A DNA stretch of 51,620 nucleotides from an uncultured bacterium. GTDB lineage: Bacteria; Gemmatimonadota; Gemmatimonadetes; Longimicrobiales; RSA9. The notes under the pieces were generated by a model that saw only the letters and a list, made by a program, of their open reading frames with translations, was not told the DNA's origin and searched no databases. Of the stretch, positions 1 to 8,789 are shown piece by piece. The position numbers and the translations under genes were made by a program. Position 1 is the stretch's first letter. Each line of letters opens with the position of its first letter. The stretch is taken from assembly GCA_937995995.1 (NCBI GenBank), contig CALKIP010000027.1, forward strand, positions 1-51,620, written 5' to 3'.

Positions 1-517
1 ACTGGAGCAGCCGCAACGTGTTGGCCACGGTCGACCGGTCCTTGCCGACTGCCTGGGCGATCTCCTGCTGGGAGAGGCCGAACTCGTCGGCGAGCTGCTG
101 ATAGCCGGCTGCCTCCTCCAGCGCCGAGAGCCGTGCGCGCTGGATGTTCTCGACGAGCGCGAGGACCAGCATGGCCCGGTCGTCCAGCTGCCTGACCAGT
201 GCAGGCACTTCGGACCACCCCAGGCGCATGACGGCACGCCACCGCCGCTCACCGGCCACGAGCTCCCACGCCGTCGTGCCTCCGGAAGGCGCGGGCCGGA
301 CCACGATCGGCTGCAGCAGACCGTTCTCGCGGATCGAGTTCGACAGATCCGCCAGCTCCTCCTCGGAGAACTCGCGCCGCGGCTGGAACGGGTTGGGCGC
401 GATCGAGGCCACAGGGATCGGCCCTGCCTCCGCCGCCTTCTCCTGTACTCCCTCCTCGCCCAGATACTCGCCGAGCAGGGCACCGAGCCCCTTCCCCAGC
501 CGATCCCGTTTGCTCAT
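1..517 (-). CDS. parB: Chromosome partitioning protein ParB/Spo0J (N-terminal ~172 aa; C-terminus lies beyond the left edge)
   Basis: Minus-strand ORF running off the window edge (absent from the ORF track). Hand translation from ATG at 517-515 gives MSKRDRLGKGLGALLGEYL...IAPNPFQPRREF...LLQPIVVRP...VAGERRWRA...SQQEIAQAVGKDRSTVANTLRLLQ, i.e. ParB box motifs, the GERRWRA arginine patch and the HTH. It starts 19 nt after the parA stop. Confidence 0.95.
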   Translation of the reverse strand, partial: MSKRDRLGKGLGALLGEYLGEEGVQEKAAEAGPIPVASIAPNPFQPRREFSEEELADLSNSIRENGLLQPIVVRPAPSGGTTAWELVAGERRWRAVMRLGWSEVPALVRQLDDRAMLVLALVENIQRARLSALEEAAGYQQLADEFGLSQQEIAQAVGKDRSTVANTLRLLQ

Positions 518-535
518 CGTCCAGACTACTCCTTA

Positions 536-1549
536 CTACGACTGCGCAGGCACGCCCGAGGTCACATCCGTCGACTCGGGCACCTCGGCTTCCCTGCGAT
601 GAACGGTGTCTCCCTCTTCGACGCCGGTCAGGGCGCTACCTTCGGCTGCGCCCCCACCCCGCTGATTCTTAGACTCGATCGTGGCGCCGTCCGCGAGGTC
701 GGAAATGGCTCCGCCCCCGACCCCTGACGCTCCACTCTCCTCATCCTCGCCCCTCTCCTCCGAGGTCGGATCGTCGTCCACGTGCTCGCCACGCGTGATC
801 AGCTCCTGGGCCAGAGACAGATAGCTCTGCGCTCCCACCGACAGCACGTCATAGACGACGATCGGCTTGCCGAAGCTGGGTGCCTCTGCCAGACGCACGT
901 TGCGCGGAATGTTCGTCCGGAAGACACGGCTGCCGAAGTACTCCTTCGCCTCCTCCGCCACCTGGCGCGACAGATTGAGGCGCTGATCGTACATGGTCAG
1001 CAGAACACCCTCTATCTGCAAGCGGGGGTTGAGGTTGCGCTGAACGAGGCGGACCGTGTTCAGGAGCTGGGACAGCCCCTCCAGTGCGTAGAACTCGCAC
1101 TGGATCGGGATCAGCACCGTATCCGCGGCCGTCAGCGTGTTCAGCGTGAGGAGCCCGAGGGAGGGCGGACAGTCGATGAGGACGAAGTCGTACTCGTCAC
1201 GCACCGCCTCGAGCGCACGGCGCAGCATGTATTCACGGCGCTCGCGGCCGACCAGTTCGACCTCCGCACCGACGAGGTCACGACTCGAGGGTACGACGTC
1301 CAGATACGAGAAATGCACTTCGCGCTTGCGAACGTCGTCGATCGACACACCGTCGATCAGAACGTCGTAGATCGAGGCGTCGACCTCCGCACGATTCAGC
1401 CCCAGACCGCTCGTGGCGTTCCCCTGGGGATCGATGTCGATGATCAGTGTTCGACGTTCGGCCACCGCCAGCGATGCACCGAGGTTGATCGCCGTGGTGG
1501 TCTTTCCGACTCCGCCCTTCTGATTGGCTATGGCTATGACGCGCGACAT
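536..1549 (-). CDS. parA: Chromosome partitioning ATPase ParA/Soj with an ~85-aa acidic/Gly-rich C-terminal tail
   Basis: ORF 536..1654. Deviant Walker A in MSRVIAIANQKGGVGKTTTAINL; start placed at that Met (1549), though the ORF stays open to 1654. The Soj-like core ends near ...SLAQELITRGE and is followed by HVDDDPTSEERGEDEESGASGVGGG... Confidence 0.92.
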   Translation of the reverse strand: MSRVIAIANQKGGVGKTTTAINLGASLAVAERRTLIIDIDPQGNATSGLGLNRAEVDASIYDVLIDGVSIDDVRKREVHFSYLDVVPSSRDLVGAEVELVGRERREYMLRRALEAVRDEYDFVLIDCPPSLGLLTLNTLTAADTVLIPIQCEFYALEGLSQLLNTVRLVQRNLNPRLQIEGVLLTMYDQRLNLSRQVAEEAKEYFGSRVFRTNIPRNVRLAEAPSFGKPIVVYDVLSVGAQSYLSLAQELITRGEHVDDDPTSEERGEDEESGASGVGGGAISDLADGATIESKNQRGGGAAEGSALTGVEEGDTVHRREAEVPESTDVTSGVPAQS

Positions 1550-2224
1550 AGGCCCGGGTAGTCTCCAGGATTCCAGGGGAGGGATCGCAATATACCCCTC
1601 CTCCTCTCCGAAGGAAAGCGACGACGCCGAATCGTCGCGCCGGGTCGGATACACACACCGTCAAACGCGGTTCCCGCCCGGGCACCGGCGAATACGATCG
1701 CCGGTGTCCGAAAATTCCAGGTTTTTGCCTTGCCTGGCCGTCACCGTGACCCACCTCAGCCGGTGGCTATCGATCCGTATCGATTGCGGCTTCGCCGGTT
1801 GCCGGCAATCCAGCTCACAGGCGAACGCAGAAGCGCATGAGACGTGCACCATGGACTTTCTTTGCGCTCTGGTCTGCCTGAACCGGTAGGATCTGGGCTC
1901 ATTGTCGCGCAGAGACGCGGAGGTGGGGAGGTGCGACCGCGTGCCCCGATCGGGTTTGGTTCCGGGTAGGGCCTCCTTGATCCGCATCGGAACGCCGCCA
2001 GCCGGCGCCAGAGCGGTGCATACGAGACCCCACTCACCGGCCCGCCGTGTCTCGGCGGCGCGGTGGATTCGGAGATACTTCTATGTGTATGCGCCCCTGT
2101 CCCGTCTCTCTGATGATGGAAACCAGGACCGCTGCAGACATTCGAATCTGACCTCCGGTTGCCCCGGCCTGGCACAGCCTCGACCTTGCATCCGTGCTGC
2201 GGCTTGCCGGGACCGGCACCCGCA

Positions 2225-2240
2225 TGTTTCACGTGAAACA
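2225..2240. promoter_or_regulatory. parS: parS centromere-like ParB binding site (perfect consensus palindrome)
   Basis: Exact 16-bp palindrome TGTTTCACGTGAAACA, matching the canonical Spo0J/ParB parS consensus TGTTNCACGTGAAACA. It lies ~0.6-0.7 kb from the parA start and 19 nt upstream of the ABC-ATPase start codon. Confidence 0.85.
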
Positions 2241-2258
2241 CGATGACGAGAGCACCGG

Positions 2259-3990
2259 ATGCCAGACCGAACGAGTGGAATCCCCAACGGGCTCGACGAC
2301 CTGCGTGCGCACCTCGTGCGACTCGACGGGCGGGGATACAAGGCGTACAAGGAGATCAAAGGGGCGTATGGTGCCGGGCGCTTCACGCTCCACGTCGACC
2401 ATGTTCAGGGCGACCCCTTCGCCGATCCGAGCCGACTGCGGGCGGAGATCCCCGCCATTTCGGCACGCCTCCCCACCTGGGCACTGGCTTCAGCCGTGCG
2501 ACGGACGGCGACAGCCGATTACCTGAACCGCATCTTCGCCCGCGCTCTGGCAGCGCGCAGTGCCGACCGCGGATCCGGAAAGAGTGGGATGCTCAGCGTG
2601 CTCACGCCGGGCCAGCAGGTCCTTGCACGAACGAGTGTCGTCGTGGACGAGTCGGGCGCCGTGGAGGCTCGCTTTCGCGCGGGACTGCCGGCACGCGGCC
2701 GGCGTATCCTCGGGCATCAAGCCGCAGAACTGCTCACCGAAGATGTACCTGCCGCTGTAGCCGAGGGGCTGTTCTTCGACGCGCTCGACGAGGACCAATT
2801 GCGCGAGCATGTCGAGACCGTGGAAGATGCGCGTGCGCTTCGCGACCAACTCGCACCGCGTGGACTCGTCGCCTTCATCGCCGATGGTGCCATCCTGCCT
2901 CGCGTTTCCGGAATCGACGAACGCCCCCTCCCCACAGACCGCGCCAAACCCTTCCGCTCGCCACCCGAGCGCCGCGTGACGCTCACGGCACCCAATGCGG
3001 GGCCGGTGACCGGGATGGGCATCCCCAGGGGCGTCACGCTGATCGTCGGCGGGGGATACCACGGGAAATCGACACTTCTCGATGCGATTCGACGAGGAGT
3101 GTACGACCACATTCCCGGCGACGGCCGCGAGCGGGTCGTCACCGTTCCCGGTGCCGTCGCCGTACAGGCGGAGAGTGGTCGTTCGGTCGCGGGCACCGAT
3201 ATTTCCAACTTCATCGATCGGCTTCCGGGCGGGGTGGACACCCGGCGGTTCTCGACCAACAACGCAAGTGGGTCGACGTCACAGGCAGCCGCGATCATCG
3301 AGGCGCTCGAAGTGGGCGCGACCTGCCTCCTCCTGGACGAGGACACCTCGGCCACGAACTTCCTCATTCGCGACGCGCGCATGCAACGCCTCGTAGCACG
3401 CGCCCAGGAACCAATCACACCCTTGATCGACCGGGTCCGACAGCTTGATGAACTCGGTGTCTCGACGATCATGGTGGTCGGCGGGTCCGGCGACTACTTC
3501 GACGTGGCCGACACGGTGATCGCAATTTTCGAATACGAGCCGGCCGACGTCACGGCCGAGGCGAAACGGATCGCGACCGAACTCCGGACGGACCGCCGGT
3601 TGGAGAGTGTCGCGTGGCACCCTCTCGCCGCTCGCGCCCCCCTCCCTCGACCCGAGTCGAGGCCGGCGCGCGGTGTCGATCAAGACCTGGACAGAGGATC
3701 GGCTACAGTACGGCGCCCAGGAGGTCGATCTGCGCGGCGTCGACCAGATCGTCGAGCGTGCACAAGTGCGGGCCATGGCCGAGGTAATCGCCGCGGCTCG
3801 GGGAGGGGCGATCGACGGCCGCCACACCGTCCCGGAGGCGCTCGGGATGATCATGGACCAAGTCGCGAGAGAAGGCCTTGCCGCCACCGCTCGGGACGAC
3901 ACCGGACAGCTCGCCGAGTTTCGCATCTTCGAGCTAGCCGCCTTCCTCAACAGGTTACGATCACTCCGGACTGTTTCACGTGAAACATGA
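2259..3990 (+). pseudogene. ABC-class ATPase family protein (PF09818-like), apparent +1 frameshift near 3637-3642 (pseudogene or sequencing error)
   Basis: ORF 2259..3983 carries the P-loop GGGYHGKSTLL and the LLLDEDTSATNF Walker-B-like motif. After ~3640 that frame turns into Arg-rich low-GC3 text. Frame +2 (ORF 3607..3990) continues with high GC3 and family-like sequence: ...SIKTWTEDRLQYGAQEVDLRGVDQIVERAQVRAMAEVI...FELAAFLNRLRSL. Confidence 0.75.
3972..3987. promoter_or_regulatory. parS: parS centromere-like ParB binding site (perfect consensus palindrome)
   Basis: Second exact copy of TGTTTCACGTGAAACA. It overlaps the last codons (..TVSRET) and both alternative stop codons of the ABC-ATPase gene. 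Confidence 0.85.
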
Positions 3991-4057
3991 AGACAGAGCC
4001 ACTCTGAACCGGTGACCGGTGAGCGAGCACCGCGTTACCTGTCTGGCTGGTGTCGGA

Positions 4058-4099
4058 AGCGTGGACAAGCGTCACACAAGCGTGGACAAGCCTCACACA
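4058..4099. repeat. 21-bp tandem duplication, each unit carrying a DnaA-box-like 9-mer
   Basis: AGCGTGGACAAGCGTCACACA (4058-4078) and AGCGTGGACAAGCCTCACACA (4079-4099), one mismatch. Each unit contains CGTGGACAA, an 8/9 match to TGTGGACAA, the reverse complement of the high-GC DnaA box TTGTCCACA. Confidence 0.6.
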
Positions 4100-5307
4100 G
4101 AGGGCACACGCAGGGGCGCGGAGATGCTGAGGTCGGGCGAGTCTGCCGGTGGCTTCGCTGGAGTCTGGGCTGGGCAGCGTGTGGGGGCTAGACTGAAGAG
4201 GTCGTCCCGCACTGCCTGCAGAGTGGCAAAACCTGCCGAGGCACCAGGCGAGGGCTTGTGGATGGTCCCCCATACGCCGGTTCGCGAACCACTGATCGGT
4301 GTTCCCGGGGTGCACCGGATCGCCACGTTATGGGGTGAGCGAACAATCGGCATCCCGGAGGCGCCCGGAATCCATACACCCATCCCAGACTCATCTGCCG
4401 TACCCGCGCCATCTGACAGCCTAGCCGATCACCACCCATCCTCACCGCATCACCTCATTGGGACCGTGTGGACGGAGCACGTTCGTGGCCGGAACACGCT
4501 CTCCGTCCTGCTTCGCGTGTGCGATCCAGCCGCCCATCAGTTCGCGTCCATCCCGCACCACCAATTCACGAACGACCTGAAGAGCGATCCCATTCGCGTG
4601 GGCGGACCAGTACGGGATGACCAGACACATCTGGGCACCCGCAACGCTGTACTCGCAAACGCACCATAGAGAGGCGTGGACAGGGGTTCTGGAGTAACGC
4701 GGCGATACCGCCGGAGCTCATGGTTACCCGCAGGACCGTACCCAACGAGACACCGCACGTGCCAATCCGTCGTAGTCTGATCGGAACCGGAACTCCCGTC
4801 GAGCGCGATGCCGCGAAAAGCAAGCTCCAGCCGATACACCCGGAAGGCAGTCCTACTCCGCAACGCACTGGCGCATCGAAAAACGTCCACCTCCAACTCG
4901 CCCGTGCCGGGCACGTCTCCAAGGGATAGCGCCCGGTGATGCAGCCGAACACGCGCGACCCAACCACGCGCGAGCACATTCCCAGGCGCGATCCGTAGCC
5001 TGACTTTCCCATCGCGAGCCCGAGCCCGACTCCGGGCATATTCGGCTCTGATGCCGAGCATTCCCAGCCTGCACCTCGAACTGAAAGGAACCACGTTCTC
5101 GAGGATCGCGCAATCATTCGAAGCCCGACCGGGCGTGAAGTCTGCAGAGCACCCGAGCGGTCCATTTCCCCGGCACGCTCGTGATGCTTGCCGATTCATG
5201 GGACGCGCACACGATACCAGCGCCGGGCCCCCACGTGTACATTTTCGTTTGGAGTTGACCCGACCGGCTCTGACCGCAAACGACGGTCGAGAGGCAGGAG
5301 CGAAACG

Positions 5308-5601
5308 ATGCCGAATGAGACCACCCGATGCTACCGGATTCGCGGCGAGGTACAGGGTGTGGGCTTTCGCTGGTGGGCCAAGCGGCAGGCCGATGCACTG
5401 GGACTACGCGGAACCGTTCGCAACCTTGCCGACGGCACGGTCGAGGTCGTCGCCAGAGGTGATACGGAAACGCTCGAGCATTTCCGTTCCCTCCTGCACG
5501 AGGGTCCGCCGGCGGCGCGGGTAGAGGCGGTGGTGGAAGCGGCGATTGAGGAGCCCGCAGCCAGCCCGAGCCCGTCCTCAGGGTTCGAGATCGTGCGCTA
5601 G
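5308..5601 (+). CDS. acyP: Acylphosphatase
   Basis: Within ORF 5188..5601. The Met at 5308 is preceded by GAGGCAGGAG. Motif YRIRGEVQGVGFRWWAKRQADALGLRGTVRNLADGTVEVVARG is typical of acylphosphatases; ~97 aa. Confidence 0.85.
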   Translation: MPNETTRCYRIRGEVQGVGFRWWAKRQADALGLRGTVRNLADGTVEVVARGDTETLEHFRSLLHEGPPAARVEAVVEAAIEEPAASPSPSSGFEIVR

Positions 5602-5656
5602 GGTTCGGGGGCTGGCAGGAGCCTGGAACATTACACGGGGCTTGAGGCAGGACCCT

Positions 5657-5685
5657 CTCCCGCCGCCCGTCAGGGCGGCCCTCCC
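5657..5685. repeat. GC-rich REP-like element (GCCGCCC-GTCA-GGGCGGC hairpin flanked by CTCCC/CCTCCC)
   Basis: CTCCCGCCGCCCGTCAGGGCGGCCCTCCC. Its reverse complement is near-identical to GGGAGGGCCGCCTCACGGCGGCGGGAG at 18585-18611. Confidence 0.5.
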
Positions 5686-5807
5686 ACTGCTAGCGCAGGC
5701 AACCCCGCGGGCACCACACGTCACCTCCTGCCGGCCCCAGTCCGGCCGCCTCCACCTACAGGGGTCGCCCTAGCCCACAGATGCTATCCCCGCGCCCCAC
5801 ACACAGA

Positions 5808-5839
5808 GGTCGGCTTTGCGCCGCAGCGCGAAGCCGACC
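5808..5839. terminator. Hairpin between convergent acyP and yidC (likely yidC terminator)
   Basis: GGTCGGCTTTGCGC-CGCA-GCGCGAAGCCGACC, a 14-bp stem with one mismatch, 20 nt beyond the yidC stop. There is no strong T-tract. Confidence 0.45.
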
Positions 5840-5858
5840 CCCTGCCGAAGGCGGCCCT

Positions 5859-7556
5859 CTATCTCCTGCCCTGTTGCCTCTGTTCCTGGTGCCGCTGGCG
5901 CTCCTTGGCAAGCTGGAGCTGTTGCGGGATCGCGGCGACGTTCTGCGCGGCGAAATAGAGGTTGAGCCCCGATGCCAGGTTGAAGAAGATCAGCACCATG
6001 AAGGCCGGCATGATGTACATCAGCATCTTCGCCTGCTGATTCGCGGGCGCCACCCTCATCGTGACACGCTGCATGCCGAACATGCTGAGGCCCAGCAGGA
6101 TCGGAAGGATGTAGTACGGATCCGGGCGTGAGAGGTCCGGCAGCCAGAAGAACTCGACGCCCCGGAACTCGATCGTGTTCTGGAAGACGAAGAAGAGCGT
6201 GATCAGCACCGGGAACGGGATCAGCATCGGCAGACAACCACCGAAGGGATTGAACCCCTCCTCCCTGTAGAGCCTCAGCATCTCCTGCTGGAGTTTCTCC
6301 GGGTTGTCCTTGTACTTCTGCTGGATCTCCTGCATACGGGGCTGGAGCGCCATGTTCTTCATCTGTGCCCGGCCGGCCCGTGCATTGAGCGGCCAGAGGA
6401 CAAGGCGAACCAGGACGCCGAAGAGGATCAGCACCCAGCCGTAGCCGATGTCGAGGGTGCGATGCAATCCGACCACCGCCCAGGTCACGAGGTGTGCGAG
6501 CGGTCGGATGATCGGTCGGAAGATCTTGTAGCCGATCGGGTTGACGTCGCCGAGATCGTAGCCGATCGCGGTGAGCCGCTCGTAAGCCTGGGGTCCGGCG
6601 TAGATCCTGAAATCGAAGGTCTGATCGCGGCCGATCGGGAGCGTGGCCGTCAGGTCCGCGGCGTACTCCTGCCCGGGAATGTCTCGTGCGATCAAGCCGC
6701 CGAAGTCGCTGGCCCGCTCATCTTCCGCCCGGATCGTCGCAAGGAGGAAGTACTTGTTGCGGAGCGCGACCCACTGCAGCGGCCCCTCCTCGATCCGCTC
6801 GCGATCGACATCGTCGAGCTTCACGCTACGCACTCCGTCGCGAGTACTGCGCACGACGAAGGCCAGCGAGCGTTCGTCTTCCTTGGCGTTCGCCTCGTTG
6901 ATGGCGAGCGTCGGCGCGAGGTCGAGGGCCAGGAGCGGTGTCGTGCCGGCAGGCAGACCTTCCACACGGCCACTGACGTCGATCAGATAGTTGTCCGGAT
7001 CGAAGGTGTAGGCGATGTGGATCGCGACGCCCTGGGGAGTCCGGTGGACGAACTCGATCGTACGCGCGGCGTCGCCTTCCTGCAGCGCCACAGTGTCCGG
7101 CGTCTCGACCTGGAAGTCGAGCGTCTCCAGGTCGACGACTCCGCCGTCCAGCCGCAGTTCGTAAGAGAGGAGCGCGGCGACGTCCGGCGGAAGGAGTTCG
7201 ACCGCACCATCTCGCGTGAACGACTCGTAGCGCAGCAGTTCCGCACCGATCAGCGCGGCGCCACGGGTCGTGAGTGCATAGCGGTAGAGCGGCGACGACA
7301 CGATGATCGTGTCAGCGGCGACGCTTTCCGGTGCGGCCGGCTCGGCCGTGATCCCCGCGAGCGCCTCCGTGCCGGCTGCCGCCTCACCGGCCACTGCCTC
7401 CTGCTGCGGTGTGGCGGGCGCCGTCGCCGGCGCTTCGACACCCGGCCCGACCTGCTCCGCCGGCTGCGGCGGCGCGGGCGGAAACAGCAGGTTGGTGACC
7501 ACGATCACGGCGACCATGAGGATGATCGCCAGGACGAACCGTCCGCTGCTCTCCAT
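5859..7556 (-). CDS. yidC: Membrane protein insertase YidC
   Basis: ORF 5859..7652; start placed at MESSGRFVLAIILMVAVIVVTNLLF (N-terminal TM). It has a large periplasmic domain and a C-terminal 60-kDa insertase core (...WGFNPFGGCLPMLIPFPVLITLFFVF...), and sits in conserved synteny after yidD-rnpA-rpmH. Confidence 0.93.
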   Translation of the reverse strand: MESSGRFVLAIILMVAVIVVTNLLFPPAPPQPAEQVGPGVEAPATAPATPQQEAVAGEAAAGTEALAGITAEPAAPESVAADTIIVSSPLYRYALTTRGAALIGAELLRYESFTRDGAVELLPPDVAALLSYELRLDGGVVDLETLDFQVETPDTVALQEGDAARTIEFVHRTPQGVAIHIAYTFDPDNYLIDVSGRVEGLPAGTTPLLALDLAPTLAINEANAKEDERSLAFVVRSTRDGVRSVKLDDVDRERIEEGPLQWVALRNKYFLLATIRAEDERASDFGGLIARDIPGQEYAADLTATLPIGRDQTFDFRIYAGPQAYERLTAIGYDLGDVNPIGYKIFRPIIRPLAHLVTWAVVGLHRTLDIGYGWVLILFGVLVRLVLWPLNARAGRAQMKNMALQPRMQEIQQKYKDNPEKLQQEMLRLYREEGFNPFGGCLPMLIPFPVLITLFFVFQNTIEFRGVEFFWLPDLSRPDPYYILPILLGLSMFGMQRVTMRVAPANQQAKMLMYIMPAFMVLIFFNLASGLNLYFAAQNVAAIPQQLQLAKERQRHQEQRQQGRR

Positions 7557-7876
7557 TACCGACTCTCTATCGTCTATCGGGATACCGCGCCGGCGGCGGG
7601 ACGAGTCGAGCTCGCTACCCGAGCGTCGTCCCAATCGCCTGCGGTCTTCCAAGCATCAACATCCGGCCCCGCCGCAGTCGTTGCCGGCGGCGGGGCGTTC
7701 ATCACTGCCCAACAGCGAAGGGACCCGACCGGCCCAACCGCGCTCCACCCCTGCCCCGCAATCTCTCGCGGGGCGCAGAGCGCGACCGCTCCGTGGCGCC
7801 GAACGCCGGCCCCGCCCTTGTGATGCGCCGTTCTCAAGAAGCGCTCCGACCCGCCTGAAGCGCCCGGACACATCGG

Positions 7877-8104
7877 CTACGGAACAGGGTCGTACCCATG
7901 CCCGCCGAACGGACGACAGCGCAGCAGACGCCGCGCCGCGAGCCGCCCCCCCTTCCAGGCACCGTAGCGTCGCACCGCCTCCTCAGCGTACGCCGAGCAA
8001 CTCGGCGTGAATCGACACGAGGGCGGAAGATACGGGGAGATCACCCGTCGGTACACGGCGATCAGGAAGAGGAGGACTCGCGCCGCCACCTTCGCTCCAG
8101 CCAC
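7877..8104 (-). CDS. yidD: Membrane protein insertion efficiency factor YidD
   Basis: 75 aa with the hallmark [27 protein letters not shown]. It overlaps the rnpA 3' end, as is common. Confidence 0.9.
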   Translation of the reverse strand: MAGAKVAARVLLFLIAVYRRVISPYLPPSCRFTPSCSAYAEEAVRRYGAWKGGRLAARRLLRCRPFGGHGYDPVP

Positions 8105-8460
8105 TGCTCCAGTTCCGTCCTCAGCTCGGCGAAGTCCGCGTGGTACGCCTCCCGCCGTGCCCTCACCATCACATCCACATGGCGACCGGACGAAGAGAGG
8201 CGAGGCAGCACGATCTGCCGCAGGATCTCACGGAGTCGACGCTTCAGTCGATTCCGTTCCACGACAGGGTGCTTGTAGCGAGGCACGACCACGCCGACCC
8301 GTGGATACGGCACGGGGGAAGCGGAGTCGAAGACGTCCAGGTGGGCCGTCCTGCTCCTCTTCCCCCGCTTGAACAGCCCGCGGATCTCCTGGCTCCGTGT
8401 GATCCGGCGCGCCCGCGGAAGGCGCTCCGCCCCCTTCCCCTCCCGTGGAGCCGGGCTCAC
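8062..8460 (-). CDS. rnpA: Ribonuclease P protein component
   Basis: ORF 8062..8688 contains [17 protein letters not shown] and the [10 protein letters not shown] motif. The annotated ORF start overlaps rpmH, so the start is placed at the in-frame GTG at 8460, 14 nt after the rpmH stop. Confidence 0.85.
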   Translation of the reverse strand: MSPAPREGKGAERLPRARRITRSQEIRGLFKRGKRSRTAHLDVFDSASPVPYPRVGVVVPRYKHPVVERNRLKRRLREILRQIVLPRLSSSGRHVDVMVRARREAYHADFAELRTELEQWLERRWRRESSSS

Positions 8461-8474
8461 GGGCAGGCCAGGCT

Positions 8475-8627
8475 CTACTTGGAGCCCACCTTCACGGCGA
8501 GCTGCCTGCGCCCCTTGCGCCGGCGACGGTTCAGCACCGCGCGGCCGGCCCGCGTCTTCATCCGGGCCCGGAACCCGTGCTTGTTCAGCCGCTTGCGGTT
8601 CCTGGGCCGATACGTCGGCTTGCCCAT
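8475..8627 (-). CDS. rpmH: 50S ribosomal protein L34
   Basis: [50 protein letters not shown] (50 aa) inside ORF 8475..8723; divergent from dnaA. Confidence 0.95.
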   Translation of the reverse strand: MGKPTYRPRNRKRLNKHGFRARMKTRAGRAVLNRRRRKGRRQLAVKVGSK

Positions 8628-8710
8628 GATACTCTCCAGAGATCCGAATTCTGCGTTCGTAGCAAAAGCTCGTAAGTATAGTCGCCATCCGGGGGCAAGG
8701 TCAAGCGCGG

Positions 8711-8739
8711 TTGACTTATCCACACCGCTTCTCTAGCTT
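8711..8739 (+). promoter_or_regulatory. Candidate dnaA promoter with embedded perfect DnaA box
   Basis: TTGACT (8711-8716), 17-nt spacer, TAGCTT (8734-8739). A perfect E. coli-type DnaA box TTATCCACA at 8716-8724 overlaps the -35/spacer, consistent with autoregulation. Confidence 0.55.
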
Positions 8740-8789
8740 GCGCGCTGCATTTCACTGCCTGTCACTTCCTGCCGTTTCAACGGGTCGCG

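Noticed and set aside
1756-2241. ORFs beginning MFHVKH (1756-2241 minus, 2194-2526 plus) and the ORF ending ...MFHVKQSGVIVTC (3947-4315 minus)
   Set aside because: Their start or end is simply the ATG/TGA adjacent to or inside the parS palindrome. The sequences are Arg/Pro/Gly-rich with no motifs and overlap one another.
4019-4669. 216-aa plus-strand ORF in the gene-free block
   Set aside because: His/Pro/Arg-rich composition and mixed codon third positions, with no recognisable family. Its N-terminal VDKRHTSVDKPHT is just the translated 21-bp tandem repeat. It remains part of the finding on this block rather than a CDS call.
6462-7823. 453-aa plus-strand ORF
   Set aside because: It is antisense to yidC, a shadow ORF.
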